Of a stretch of 64,000 nucleotides of DNA, positions 11,981 through 24,300 are shown piece after piece. The notes beneath the pieces were generated by a model. The model made no database searches. It was not told the DNA's origin and worked only from the letters and a program-made list of their open reading frames with translations. A program made the position numbers and the translations under genes. The stretch is from positions 1 to 64,000 of the forward strand of contig NW_005434631.1 in assembly GCF_000315625.1 (NCBI RefSeq), read 5' to 3'. Each line of letters begins with the position of its first letter. The first letter of the stretch is position 1. The stretch is from Guillardia theta CCMP2712 (lineage: Eukaryota > Protista > Cryptophyta).

Positions 11981-14900
11981 ATGGCCTTTCATCAGAATGG
12001 TGGGACGGAACGTTTAAGTCCTGCTCGTCAGATAAGATCTGAATCTGGATCGGTTCTGGTTCAAGAAGAAGAGCACGAGATCAGGTTCAGAAGGTTTTCG
12101 TTCGACGAGCACAAGTCAACCTTCGGTCAGCTGTTGATCATCCTCGGCATTTACTCTCTCTTCCTCGGAGTTCGTCCCTGGATTCTGCAATCTCCCGCGG
12201 CACATGAGAACCTTGACTTCTACCATGCATTCTGCAGACTTTCTGCGGCGTCTACGTGCTTTATTTTGAAATTCATGTACAGAATTCCATCGTTTCAGAA
12301 CTTCCTGGGAACCCATCGAAACAAGGACAACCTTCTGACATTTTGGATCATCCTACTGATGCAGTTGGAGTTGGCTCAGCGAGCGATTGGTGACTTGAAG
12401 CGCTCTAGGGGCTCGCTGCCTGTCTCGCCGCATGTGAAGCTCGAGGTAAATCACCGGCAGGGCCTCCCGTGGAAATGGTCATGCAGTGACAGCGACCCGA
12501 TATCATCCATCTGGAAACACCACACCGAACTGTCGCACGAAGATGCAGGCTGCGTCTCTCGCATGGTCTCTCCTGATGCACTTGGGATCTACACTGTCAT
12601 GGGGACTCTGCTCTCGATAGCTGCGAATGTCGATGGACGTGCTGCTGTTTTGATCAGTCTGGGTCAAGCATTCAGTATGCTTGTTGCCTTTCTGATGGCC
12701 GGGATCAACTACCATTCGATGGTTGCTGCTGTCGTTCTGCATCTTGTCACTTCGCTGTGCAGCGCATACTTGCGAAACGAGCGCTTCGAAGCCTCTCGCA
12801 GCTGCTTCCTCCGCGATTTCGCGCTCAAGGCTTCGCGTGAAAAGGCGCATCAGTTGATGAGCTCGATCATCCCCAAGAACCTGCACGCCCGTATGAAACA
12901 ATCAGATCCTCTCGCGCTGGTCGGAAATAAGATGGAGCAATGCACGATCATGTTCTTGAGCCTAGCTCCCGAAGTCCTCAAAGACAAGAAGCAGCTGGCC
13001 ATGGAGGACTTCGATCTCATCGATGAGATCTTCAGTGACTTCGATGCCATCGTTGAGTTCTACGGCATGTTCAAGTATCATCACATCCAGGACTCGTATG
13101 TAATTGCTTGCCCGAGGTCCGCGTGTCCGTTCCGCGATCCCTCCCACGCCAAGTCGTACCAGGAGCTGTCAGTGATCCGCATGATCCAGCTCGCGCACTC
13201 CTTGCTGGAGAGGGCAAGGATGCACCGATCAACAAGTGGGAAGCAGCTGTGGGCCAAGATCGGGCTGAGCATCGGACCTGCGACCGGGGCAGTGATCTCC
13301 TGCCACCGGAGGTTCTATTGTTTGTTCGGAGACGTGGTGAACACGAGCGCTAGGATGTGCGCTTACTCGGAGCCCGGAAGGATTCATTGCACCGCCCAGG
13401 TTGCGAACATCCTGAGGGGCACAAGCCATGGGACGATCAAGGTCGAGTCACGAGGAGAGATGGCGATCAAGGGGAAGGGGGTGATGGAGACGTTCTTCCT
13501 CCAGGTGGACGAGGAGCCCTACTTCGAGCCGGAGATGATCACCATGTGCTCGTCGAGGAGAATGTCGAGGCGGGGGGATGAGATCGACTCGGAGATCCGA
13601 ACCTTGTCGGTGTCTTCCTCCTGCTCTACGTCGATCGCGTCCCTCAGGTCTTCCAACTCCGGGCAGAAGGGTGAGGAAGCTACGAAAGTTTTGAACGTGT
13701 GGAGGGAGTTTCTGGATGAAGATGACTGTGAGGGGATTTTTTGTGCTGGATATGAAGTCAGTCAGAAGTGGAGCAGCTTCTTGGATCGCAAGGTGGAGGA
13801 CGCTTTCATCGAGAGCAACTGCTTGATCAGCTTCAGATGCCTGGTCATGGGGCAGATGTGCAATGCCGTAGTCTCGGTCATCACTGCACACTCGCTGCTG
13901 CAGCTGGACGTCTTGAGAGATGAAAGATCGGACTCCCAGAGAAAGACGGTGATAATGTTGTGTTCTTTTCACACCCTCCTGCAACTTCACTACCTTGGCA
14001 ACTGCTTGACGGCATACTGGAACAACGTTGCCAATCAGTTCAGATGTTGCCCATTCGTTGCTTCAGACTCCTGCAGCATATCGAGCATAATCTGCTACTG
14101 GTACAAGACCATCCTTTTCTGTCAATGGAATTTCTGGATCTTCACTCTCCTGTCTTCCTTGCTGTGCAATGCCACCGGTCAGGCCCTCATCTTCAACTCG
14201 ATATTCTCATACTGCAACCTGCTCCTCATCTCAGCCAACGTCAAGGATTTTGCTCTCTTTGCCGCTTGCAGCCTCTCCTGCTCTGCCCTTCACATCCTCT
14301 TCTTCTGGCAGCGGTTCGCCTGCCTCACCCTCCTCATCGTACTCGTCATGGCCTGCTTGTGCGGACTCTTCCTCAAGCTCGAGGGCGCGCAGGAGCGACT
14401 GAACTGGATGACCGCACAGGCAGCGAAGGAGCAGTACAAGTTCATCCTCAAGACTCTAAACGACCTTTTCCCGGAGGACATCGCCAAGGAAATCCTCTAC
14501 ACGGGGAGTATCTCCTCCAAGCACAGGCGAGCCGTCGTGCTGCACCTGGACCTCTGCAACTACACCGAGCTGGTTGCCAGCATGGACTCTGACGAGGTGG
14601 CGAAGCTGATCCACTCGCTCTTCTCCGCCTTCGACAGCCTCGTCACAGAGGAGGAAGGAGTCTTCAAGATGGATACCATCGGGGACGCCTACGTGTGTGC
14701 CGGGTGGGTCGGGAAGAGCGAGAGGATGGCGTGCGAGAGGATGCTACATCTTGCTTGCCAGATCCTCAAGTGCGTCTCCTCCTCCGACTTCAAGACCAGC
14801 AGCGGGAGCCTCCAGTGCCGCATCGGTCTCGCCATGGGCGACTGCGTCGCTGGGGTCATGGGCAGGCTGCAGCCCAGGTACCACGTGATGGGGGAGGCGA

Positions 14901-15037
14901 TGGTGAGAGCCCAGCTTGCCGAGGGCTCGGCTGTCCACCAGAGCATCCACCTCTCCCGCAAAGTCTGCGAGGCGCTAGGGAGGGAGAATGACACGGTGCT
15001 GCCCGGAGAGATGGAGGATGAAGAAGAACAAGGCTAG
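11981..15037 (+). CDS. Membrane class III nucleotide cyclase with two catalytic domains (guanylyl-cyclase-like), intronless
   Basis: 1018 aa ORF with two hydrophobic multi-TM blocks. Domain 1: KIGLSIGPATGAVI..RFYCLFGDVVNTSARM..GEMAIKGKGVMETF. Domain 2: VVLHLDLCNYT..FKMDTIGDAY..RIGLAMGDCVAGVMG. Confidence 0.92.
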   Translation: MAFHQNGGTERLSPARQIRSESGSVLVQEEEHEIRFRRFSFDEHKSTFGQLLIILGIYSLFLGVRPWILQSPAAHENLDFYHAFCRLSAASTCFILKFMYRIPSFQNFLGTHRNKDNLLTFWIILLMQLELAQRAIGDLKRSRGSLPVSPHVKLEVNHRQGLPWKWSCSDSDPISSIWKHHTELSHEDAGCVSRMVSPDALGIYTVMGTLLSIAANVDGRAAVLISLGQAFSMLVAFLMAGINYHSMVAAVVLHLVTSLCSAYLRNERFEASRSCFLRDFALKASREKAHQLMSSIIPKNLHARMKQSDPLALVGNKMEQCTIMFLSLAPEVLKDKKQLAMEDFDLIDEIFSDFDAIVEFYGMFKYHHIQDSYVIACPRSACPFRDPSHAKSYQELSVIRMIQLAHSLLERARMHRSTSGKQLWAKIGLSIGPATGAVISCHRRFYCLFGDVVNTSARMCAYSEPGRIHCTAQVANILRGTSHGTIKVESRGEMAIKGKGVMETFFLQVDEEPYFEPEMITMCSSRRMSRRGDEIDSEIRTLSVSSSCSTSIASLRSSNSGQKGEEATKVLNVWREFLDEDDCEGIFCAGYEVSQKWSSFLDRKVEDAFIESNCLISFRCLVMGQMCNAVVSVITAHSLLQLDVLRDERSDSQRKTVIMLCSFHTLLQLHYLGNCLTAYWNNVANQFRCCPFVASDSCSISSIICYWYKTILFCQWNFWIFTLLSSLLCNATGQALIFNSIFSYCNLLLISANVKDFALFAACSLSCSALHILFFWQRFACLTLLIVLVMACLCGLFLKLEGAQERLNWMTAQAAKEQYKFILKTLNDLFPEDIAKEILYTGSISSKHRRAVVLHLDLCNYTELVASMDSDEVAKLIHSLFSAFDSLVTEEEGVFKMDTIGDAYVCAGWVGKSERMACERMLHLACQILKCVSSSDFKTSSGSLQCRIGLAMGDCVAGVMGRLQPRYHVMGEAMVRAQLAEGSAVHQSIHLSRKVCEALGRENDTVLPGEMEDEEEQG

Positions 15038-15083
15038 CGAGGGGAAGGGGGAGCAAGGGGATTGTGTTTGATAGATAAACTAG

Positions 15084-18000
15084 TCAATCCGGCAGATAGG
15101 AGAACTCGATCGCCTCCAAGCTGCTGTTGAGCTGCTGCTGAAGTGAGCTCCAGGCTCTCCTTACCACCTCCCTCTCCCTCTCTTCTTCTTCTCCCCGTTC
15201 CTCTCGCCCCCCATCACAGCCCCCTCCTCTCTTCTCGCTGCTTCCCTGCTCTCACACCTTTGCCTTGTCGCGCTCGAGATCTCCCACAAGGATCTTGAGA
15301 TTGAGATTCTCCCTTCTCAGCTCCTCCATCTCAACCTCTAGCTCCTTCATGGAGCGAGCATTCCCCACCTGCCTGCCTATCAGAGGTGCAGCTCGATGCG
15401 GTGCAGAACAGCTGGGAGAGGAGGGTATATCAAACCTGGAACAGAAGCTCTCCCCGTCCAACTGCCGTCATCCGCTCCCTCATCAGCTCTAGCTCCCTCT
15501 CCAGCTTGCTGACTGCCTGGGCCTCGTGAGCCTTCGCCCCCTCCAGCTCAGCTTCAGCTGCTTGCAGCCTCTGCTTCAGAGCCGCTATGGCCTTGTCCCG
15601 CGCCTCGACGTCCGCGCGGAGGTCGCGCTCCTGCCTCCTCTGGAGCTGCAGGAAAAGCCATTGAGGAGAAGCGATGAGGTGGGTGGAGGCAAGAGAGGAA
15701 AGGCGGGGGGGGGGCGGGGGGGGGGGGGTAACCTTGTCGATCTCCTCTAGGAGAGAGAAGCGTTCACGCGAGGCCTCGTTGAGAGCTTGATCCCTCTTGG
15801 CTTTCTCTGCCAGCAACTTAGTCAACTCGCTCCTCATCACCGACAGACTCCAGCAGGGGCCCCAGCAGACCTGACAGCAGCTCTGATCGGAGCTGAAGAA
15901 TCTTGACAAGTGTCAACCAACTTCAAGTCTTCCCAGCTCGACTGCCTCACCTCTGATCTTAACTTCTCCAGCTCCTCACTCTGCTGGTTGATTTGACTTC
16001 GCGCCTGCTTCACACTCACCTAGGGACCGAGAGACGCAACTTATCGCACTCGCTGCATGGAGTCGCGATGCTGCGCAAAGGCTTGACTCTCGTTCGCCTC
16101 CCGCGCCTGACTCGTTGTCATGCTTCCACAGACTCCTCCCCTCCTCTCCCCTCCTCTCTACTTCTCGTCTCTTTCCTCCCCTCCCCTCCCNNNNNNNNNN
16201 NNNNNNNNNNNNNNNNNNNNNNNNNNNNNNNNNNNNNNNNNNNNNNNNNNNNNNNNNNNNNNNNNNNNNNNNNNNNNNNNNNNNNNNNNNTCCCTCCCCT
16301 CCCCTCCCCCTCCCCTCCCCCTCCCCCTTCTCGTCTCCTTCCTCCCCTCCCCTCTCGTCTCCTCCCCTCGCACCTTTGCCAGCTCATCCTGCAAGTCTCT
16401 CTGCACATTCTCCGCCTGCTGGAGAAGCCGCTGATGCCTGCAGCACTGAAAGTCAAGCGCGGACAGGAGCGAAGGAGAAGCCAACTTTGACACTTCAGCC
16501 TTGAGCGACGAGATCGTCTGCAGTGCAAGAGCTCAGCTACTCACAGCTCCTGCCTCTCCTCTCCTCTCCTCTCCTCTCCTCTCCTCTCCTCTCCTCTCCT
16601 CTCCTCTCCTCTCCCCCTACCGAGTTGAATTGTGCGTTGCGAGAGCAGGAAGTCTTGCTGATTCTGTCGTTCTCTTGCTGCGAGAGCGGTGGTCAGCTCC
16701 GACTTCGATGCCGAGATCCTCCACCTCCAGTTCCTTCACGGCCGCTGTCAAGCTCTCCACCTGCTCTTCCAGCTCTTTGACGCGATCCTACTAGGAGTCA
16801 GAGCGGCTCGACGGCTTTTCAGCTTTGCCTTCATGTGATCCTCCTTCTTTGCCCAACTCGCCCGGGATGCAGAGAGCTCCTGGTCCTGCTTCTTCATCAG
16901 AGCTGTGAGCTCCTTTTCATGCGCAGCCTCCATCTGCATCAACGGTTGACAGATGTCGTCACGCCTCATCCCTTGACCTCGGCCTTGTTGTCTGCTGCTT
17001 CTTTCCTGATATGCCGCAACTTCTCTTCCACTGTGGAGCAGGAGCGTGAGAGACATCGAGGGACAGGAGACTGTCACATGTCAGAAGCTGATCTCTCATA
17101 TTCTCGCATTCTATCTCCGTCGAGGCATAATGTTCCTTCAGGCTCGAGATCTCAACGATGCCGTCACGTCTCAGTCTTGCATGCAAGATTCACCTGTGTG
17201 CTCAGCGTTGCAACTTTCCTTTTCTCGATGGCGAATGCCTCCTGATAGAGCAGTTCAGTCCCATCCACGTACTCAGGGTACCACGATACCTCAGCGCGCA
17301 TGGCGCGGAGCTTCTCCTTGTCAATCGACTTCTCCAGCAGTTGTTTCTGTGCCAAGATCACAGAGGTTCGCATGCCTCATCAAGACTCTCTCTCCATTCC
17401 TATCGCCGCACCTGAATCTTCATCTTGCTGGTTTGACATCGGAGATCCTGGAATCAAAGATCAAGTTTGGCCTCTAGCGTTTACAGCACTTCACCTCCAT
17501 CTCGCTCAGAAGGTTCTTCTTCTCGTACTGTATCATCGTCAGCTCCATGCTCGCCTTCTCGTCTGCAACAAGGTTCGCTAGCGTTCACAATGAATTGCAG
17601 CGGATCGACCTTGTTTGCTCTTGGACTGGCTCTTGTGCATGCTCTCTGCCACGTCCAGGAGCTTCGACGCCGACAACGCCATTTCATCATATTCGCTCAG
17701 GATGTCGCTCGTTACGTCTGCCACTTGCTGCTCCATCTCATCGATAATCGACAGGTTATGACCCGAGGAGCTTGCTTCCCGTTCGCTCGAGCTGTCGTTT
17801 GCTCCCGTCGCGTTCAAGCATCGGCATACTGAAACTCTGGAGAGGATCGTCTGGAGACAGAACTCTAGCTCGGTCACCTTGCCGTCTAGAACGTAGGTCA
17901 AGTGCGCGAACCAGGCTAACGCTGAGTCAGGAGTCCCATTGCCGACTGACTCCGTCTGGTCCGAGGAAACCTCCCAGATCTCCGACAAAGAATCCCAGCT

Positions 18001-18138
18001 TTCCTGCGGGTGAGCAAGCCTGGCCTTGCCATTGTCGTGATGCTCCTTTCTGGTTTTCTCTTCTGTCCGCCTCCTCCCGGAGGCACTCAGAGCCCTGGTT
18101 CTTCTGCCAACCATCATCGTGGCCTCTCAACATAGCCA
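15084..18138 (-). CDS. Multi-exon coiled-coil protein of unknown function (boundaries approximate)
   Basis: Chain of minus-strand E/K/L/Q-rich heptad ORF fragments (e.g. ELEVEMEELRRENLNLKILVGDLERDK) separated by short GT-AG introns; likely stop after LEAIEFSYLPD. Confidence 0.6.
16553..16612. repeat. (CTCCT)n pentanucleotide microsatellite, intronic
   Basis: Direct tandem ctcct run. Confidence 0.9.
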
Positions 18139-18438
18139 TGCGGTGGATTTCATTGTGCTTCTATTGCTGTTGTAGAGGGTTTTCATTCCATCCTTGACGT
18201 GGTTCCTTGCGCTGCTCCTCCTTCCCTCGCTCCTTGCTTGTTCTCCCTTCCCACCCTTCGCTATTCTGCCACTAGCGAGCGTCACCCAAAGCAAGCCCTA
18301 AAAAAAAGTCAAGACTTGAGACTCTCCGTCGGCCGCCGGGCCGGGCGGGCCCCGGTCACCGAGTCATGCGCCGCGGCCTGCGGGGAGTAAGTGACGGTAT
18401 CAGTTAAGTTTGGGGGACAGCAGTTGGCAGGATGAGGG

Positions 18439-18540
18439 TTCTCGCCGTTTGGCCTGCGGGACAGTTGTCAGGGTCAAGCCTTTTCGTCCGAGTCTCCTGA
18501 TTGTCCTCGTACTGATTTTTAACTTAACTTTGAGTTAAAA
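18439..18540 (+). repeat. Dispersed short intergenic repeat, copy 1
   Basis: ttctcgccgtttggcctg..cagggtcaagcc..attgtcctcgtactgatttttaacttaactttgagt; related copies at 37.8 kb and 53.7-54.7 kb. Confidence 0.85.
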
Positions 18541-19246
18541 AGGCGACCCCCCCGCGCCCGTACTGATCTTTGACTGGGCAACTTGCCATGTCCTGACGGT
18601 GAGGAGTCCGTGCCAACGGGGGCTTCGGCAACTTCGCGGCCGGCCCCGGCGGAACGCCCGGGCCGGGCCCCGGGTCACTGAAAGGCAGAAAGAGTTTGGT
18701 TATGAGCTGTTGGGTTAGAGTGTTCGTCAAGGGGGAGGTGGGGGTGTGAGTTGTGGGGAAATGATGGGGTAGTTTTAGGGCAAAGGGTGGGGTGAAGGGA
18801 AGGTGGGGTGGGGGTAATCGAGATTGGCTCATACAGAAATGGAGGAGCCGCTGCTCGGTAAGCGAAGCGGATACGATGGGAACGGGATGCGAGATCGAGG
18901 AGAGGGAAGAGGAGGAGAGGAGGAGGAGAGGAGAACAAGTAAGACAAGGAGGAAAAGTGCAGAGATAAGGGCAAGGAGCAAGGCAAGGAACATGAAGGAT
19001 ACGAAGAGTGTCGGTGGAAAGAAGTGACGATCTGGTGTGTTGCTGTTTCTGGTGCTGATGAGCATAAAGAAGAAACATGACCATGTGGAGGAGGAAAATG
19101 AAAGAAAAACTATGATCGCGAAGTGATATATTCTGCGTTAATGCAACAAGCGGCAGTGGAAAGAGTAGGGATGATGGTGGTCCGACAAGGGGATTGATCC
19201 TGGCGTTCTTGACAATATGAACAGGAAAGAGCAATGGACCTGACAG

Positions 19247-21264
19247 GAATGCTATGCTGAAGCTCCCTTGCAAGGTTGGTTCGGACTGCGCTGAGATTTC
19301 GATACTGCTTCCTTGTTGATTCGCATGATATTCCGTCACTCACTACCCGTTGAATCAAACAGGTCACGGGGATCACCGTGTCGGGGGTTCGCTTCACCAG
19401 CAAGGAGTTCATTCAACGGCTGCTGCAGAGAGCGCAGGAGAAGACGACCCATGGGGTGATGGCACTGCATGCTGACCCCTCCCTGACGCCTCCGCAGGAA
19501 CTGGCAGAAGAACTCAGTCGAGCTTCAGGTCGCCTCGAGCAGATTGGAATCTTCCGTGCTGTGCGGTGTGAAGTAGACGCGGGTCAGAAGGATGACGATG
19601 TTGTCATCCTGGTCGATGTCGAGGAGAAAGGGAGACACACCGTCAGCACTGGGACCTTCGTCAACGAGGGAGAAGGCAACTTGGAAGTTTCTTGGACTCT
19701 GCGAAACTTTGGCATCAGTGCGGAGCAGGTAGTGTGATAGGTCTCGATGTAAAACTCACTCTTTCGGACCTTGTCGTTCAGGTGCAGAGCAGCGTCGCTT
19801 GTGGAAGCAGTGGGTCCAACGGTTTCCGTGTTGAGTTCGTCAAGCCTTACATCACGGACAACCTCTCCTTTCAAGCCAGCGCCTTCGAGGTGTGAGGGGT
19901 TAAAGGTTGGCGTGTGGCGAAGTGATCACTCTCTTGCTCCTACCTCCAGAATTTGAAACGCATCGCGACTCCCAGAAGTGTCGGAGAGAAGAAGACAGGG
20001 TTTGCAATGACTCTTGGTCAGGTGAATGAGAAACAGAGGACCTGACCTGTCGTTAAGTTCGACTTCCAGGTTGAAGGCTCCAGCTCTTTCACCTATGAGA
20101 TCAGCAGGTGTGATGCTCTGCACAGCCTCTCGCTTCAAGTCTCACCAAGATGCGCCTCCAGGCGAAGTCTTGCCGGTGCGAGCCAAGACGATGGCTGGGA
20201 AAGCAAGGATATGACCAGCCTGAAATCTTCCATCATGCACACCTTTTTGCGTGACACGCAAGACAACAAGGAGTCGCCTACAAGGTAAGAGTTGCTGCAC
20301 GAGGACCAGGCGTCACAGACTCTATTCGCAGAGGATGGCTCATCAAGAACGTCCTTGAGGTCGCGGGCATCGGAGGTCTGGGGTGCAAGTTCTGGAAGAA
20401 TGAGGTTTATGCACAGGTGACGAGGCGGGAGGAGCGTCTTGCAGAGGGAGTGACGATCATCACTGCAGGTCCATCACAGCCCGTGGCGAGAGAAAAGCTT
20501 CCTCAATTCCATCACTCTGTCCTTGACTGGTCGGTTTGGAGTCTTGCAAACTCTCGGGGGCGACACTAGCAGGTGAGTCGCTGCGCAGGTAGGGGATAGA
20601 AGTGACTGGATGCTCTGAAAGATACTTCGATCGGTTTCATATGGGGGGAGCCTGGAGCCTGCGGGGGTTCAAGCCGAGGGTGACTTGCTTCCTTGCCGTC
20701 ATGCCCTCTTGACTGCAGCTGGCAGAGTGTTGGGCCTTCGTTCGGGCATGGCTATGCTGGGACCGTGTCAGTGGGAGGAGAAGGTTGGGGAGCCGCATGT
20801 GACGTCATTCGAGTAACGGAACGACAGCGATGGCTATGGTGGACGCATCTCTTTCCGGGGATCTTCCTCTTCCTGCTAGCCTGTCAAGATTCACTAAAGC
20901 ACGGTACAACGTGACGGCCACTTGGGAGACTTCTCAACGTCTGCAGGTTTCATGTCTTCGGCAACGTCGGCAACAACGTGGCTGTTCCTAGTGGCCCTCC
21001 TGTGCTCACCAAGTGCTCTCAAGTCTTCCGCGACGTCAGGTTCAGCTCGACCGGCTGCTGCTAGGGTTTCACGGGCCTTGCTCAGGTCTGCCGTGGGAGT
21101 GGGACTCTTAATCCCTACTCCACTCGGGCGACTGGAGATCAACCTATGTCTGCCCTTGCGGGGTTCTCAGGTGAAAACTCAGCTGGAAGGGAGTTGGATT
21201 GATTGTGACGCAGGCTGACATGGACAGAGCCTCTTTCGTACAGATTGGGCTTGTGCCGGTCTGA
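19247..21264 (+). CDS. SAM50: Mitochondrial outer-membrane beta-barrel assembly protein Sam50/Tob55 (Omp85 family), multi-exon; start approximate
   Basis: POTRA-like segment (VTGITVSGVRFT..RLEQIGIFRAV..VDVEEK), GTFVNEGEGNLEVSWTLRNF, LKSSIMHTFLRDTQDN, DRFHMGGAWSLRGF, LRSAVGVGLLIPTPLGRLEINLCLPL, ending FVQIGLVPV*. Confidence 0.88.
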
Positions 21265-21358
21265 CATACAAGGACGAATGGGAACTGCACAACGAGCAAC
21301 GAAGAACCTCACAAACTCTAGACATTCATTACATTGCCTTATAAGCGTGATTACCTTA

Positions 21359-24300
21359 CTACGAGATATGACGAGCTGAGAAAGGATGCATTTCATCATC
21401 CGAATCTGTATGGCCCTCTGCCGTCGCTCTTCCCGCTCGGTTCTCACTCGTCAAAGCTCCAACAGTCTGAGCGTCTGCCGTGCCCTCGATGGTCTCAGCT
21501 GCGCTCTGTCCTACCTGCTGCGACTCTTCGCTCTTGCACGTCCAGCAGCGAGCTTTCGGTCCTCGCCTGCAGTATGTACAAGCAAAGCACATGCACATCG
21601 TTCCCGCTATGCAAGGAAGGACACAGATCAAGACCACATTGATAGACGAACTGATCTTTCCTTCTGCTGTTGGTGGAAGGGGCGTGGTGGACAGCGGCAA
21701 GGTGGTCTCCTGTGGCGCGTAGGATAGCTTGGTTGTAGCTGCTTCAGTTGTCCCATCGACATACGGGCCAGACGTCGAAGCAGTTTGAGAACCTCCAACA
21801 AGGTACACGGACACTGAAGGATATTCCAAGATCTGCACATTCTGAAGCCCTTGTCCTCTCAGAGCCTCTAGAAGCTTCTCTGACCCCAGGTTAGATTGCA
21901 CGCTCTTCCATTCCGCGTTCAGCTCAAGGAAGACTTGATAGCCCACATCGTACTCTACAGCCAGTGCCCGACGAGCTCCATGCACCTCCCGTATGTACGT
22001 GATGTTCACGCTACTGCTGTTAACCCCTGCTGCTGTCGCCAACCCCAATATGAACTTTCCTCTCATAGTCTCATTCAGGCTGCTCCCCACCCGCACTGCT
22101 CCTGTCAGCACGAGCAACTTCGTCCCAGTCGCTGTCCCGTCAGCCGTGTCGATGCACACAGCGTCTTGCGACGCCGAGTTCTCCCCACAGCTCACGAGCT
22201 GGCGCTGGTTTGCTCCACACCTCGTGCATGCGACACAGCTACCTCTGCCTCCCCCGCCGCACGCTGATCTGCGGTAGTCTTGGTTGCAGTACAGCTGAGA
22301 GCAGGCGGCGCATCGTCGGTTCGCGGAGGGCGAGCAGTCCGTCAGCATGTACTCGCTCTGCGTGCACGTGGAACACGTCAGGCACTCTCCCCGGGACCCG
22401 TTGCCGCAGCCAGACAAGTACTGTCCTCCAGTGCAGTTCTTGCTCATCAACTCACAGTCGTACGTCTGAAACTCGCCGACCGCTATCACTGTTACACCTT
22501 GGAACGTGGCCGGCTGCTGGGCTAGCCTCCTTCGAGCCCCTGGTACTCCGACCGAGCATCGACAAGTCACCGTTCCAGCCGTCAGGTCCACCCCTTCTAC
22601 ACTGCACCCGCTGTCTTCAAACCCTCCGTTGCTCCACCGCACACATCTCGCCACCAGCACAGACTGTGACGCAGTCACGACGGCCGTCCGGCTCACCGGC
22701 ATCACGATCGAGACTTGAGATATCGGGTTGCTCACTGACATGGAAACTCCTACCAGCGGTGTGAGTGGAGTGGATCCGTTCACTGGACCGCTCACAGCTC
22801 CGTACATGTGAGCTCCTACTGTTACTCGCCCCGTCACTCCCGTCTGACCAGACGAGTATCGAAACGAGGCGTTCTTCGCCTCAAACATGCCCATCAACCC
22901 TGGAGGCACATCCAATACGCTCTTGCCTCCCACAACCCCCTCCACGTTGTCGGCAACCAATCGATGTGACGAGTACTGCTGTACGTACTGCACGCTTTGA
23001 CCTGTTGCAAGGCTGACTGAGAAACCCTCCGTCACCGCAGCCGTGTTTGACGTCACCCGGTCTAGGATGGGACCGTCCGTATATGACCCGGTCTCCATCC
23101 ATTTCATGGCGACACCGAAGATTTTCAACACATGCAGCATGATCCCTTCCACTGTCTCCCCGGCATAGCGCTGCAGCAGACCATCCACCTGCTCGACGAT
23201 CTGCGAAACCGATGTGTTGCTCTGCAAGCCCAGCTCGCTCCCTACGCTCTCAAGAGTGCTCAGCGCATCGGACATGAAGTCCGTAGTGGCCGGATACGAT
23301 CCGTACGTGGGCTTCAGCAGCGACAGCATGTACATAATCAGCGTACGAGAATGAGACAAGTCCGTCACATTTGCATTCAGTTGAGCCACAAGCTCCAGTG
23401 ATACCGAAGTGATAAGCTGGTTGAGTCCTGCTACGTTCTGCGTCTGCGCCTTCTCGCTCATGTCCTGCGTCACGCTGGACCAGTCACTCGCTGCTTGTAA
23501 CAGCCTTCTCCCCGTCGTCACAGTCTTGACGGTATCCTGCATGACGGACGTGAAGGCGCCTCTGCCGTCCGACACAATCGCGTTCATCTGGATGGCACTG
23601 CTTGACGGAAGCCGCATGATCAGGTAGGGCAGCGTCGTGGGCTGAAACCACTTGGTGATTGTCTCCCCGTCCTGCACGTAGGAGAACCCGAACTCGTACG
23701 TCAGAGGCGTGTCTGGGTCTATCCAGTTCGCGCAAGTAACGACGAACTCGTCCAACAGCGGCCTACCTTGCTTCGTGCAGCTCCCAGAGTCTGACACCAG
23801 GCAGGCATAGCATGTCCCTCCCTGAGGAGGAGTGTTGACCAGGAAGCTCGACGACGATGTCCCCACGCTGCCGTTCACCGAGCACTCGACCGCTATGCTG
23901 TACGTCAGCCCCTGACTCAAGGCAGAAGACCCGCTCTCCATCAAGAAAATCGCCCCGTTGCGTCCGAAGGGGAACACCGACGCTACGTCGTAACCCACGT
24001 TGGGGGCGGGTGCGATGGTCCAGACATACAGAGCTGAAGGATAAGGACAAGAAGCCTCGTACACGAGTTTGTCTCCCTGGTTGACGATGCCCATGGCACC
24101 ATCGTACGTCTGTACGTTTGACGTCAGCATCACCGCCGGCACGAAAGCTTTCGTGACTTGCACGCGCTTCGAGGCCGTTGAAGGAGTCTTGTCTCCCTTG
24201 GACACTACCAGCGAGAACGTGTAGAAGAGCTCTCCGGTGTCCGTCAGCGACCCTCCCGGGACGACGAGCTGGGCCCCACTGGGAAGCTCAAGCAGTTGCT

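Noticed and set aside
18524-19339. 271 aa minus-strand ORF
   Set aside because: Low-complexity translation of purine/G-rich spacer upstream of SAM50.
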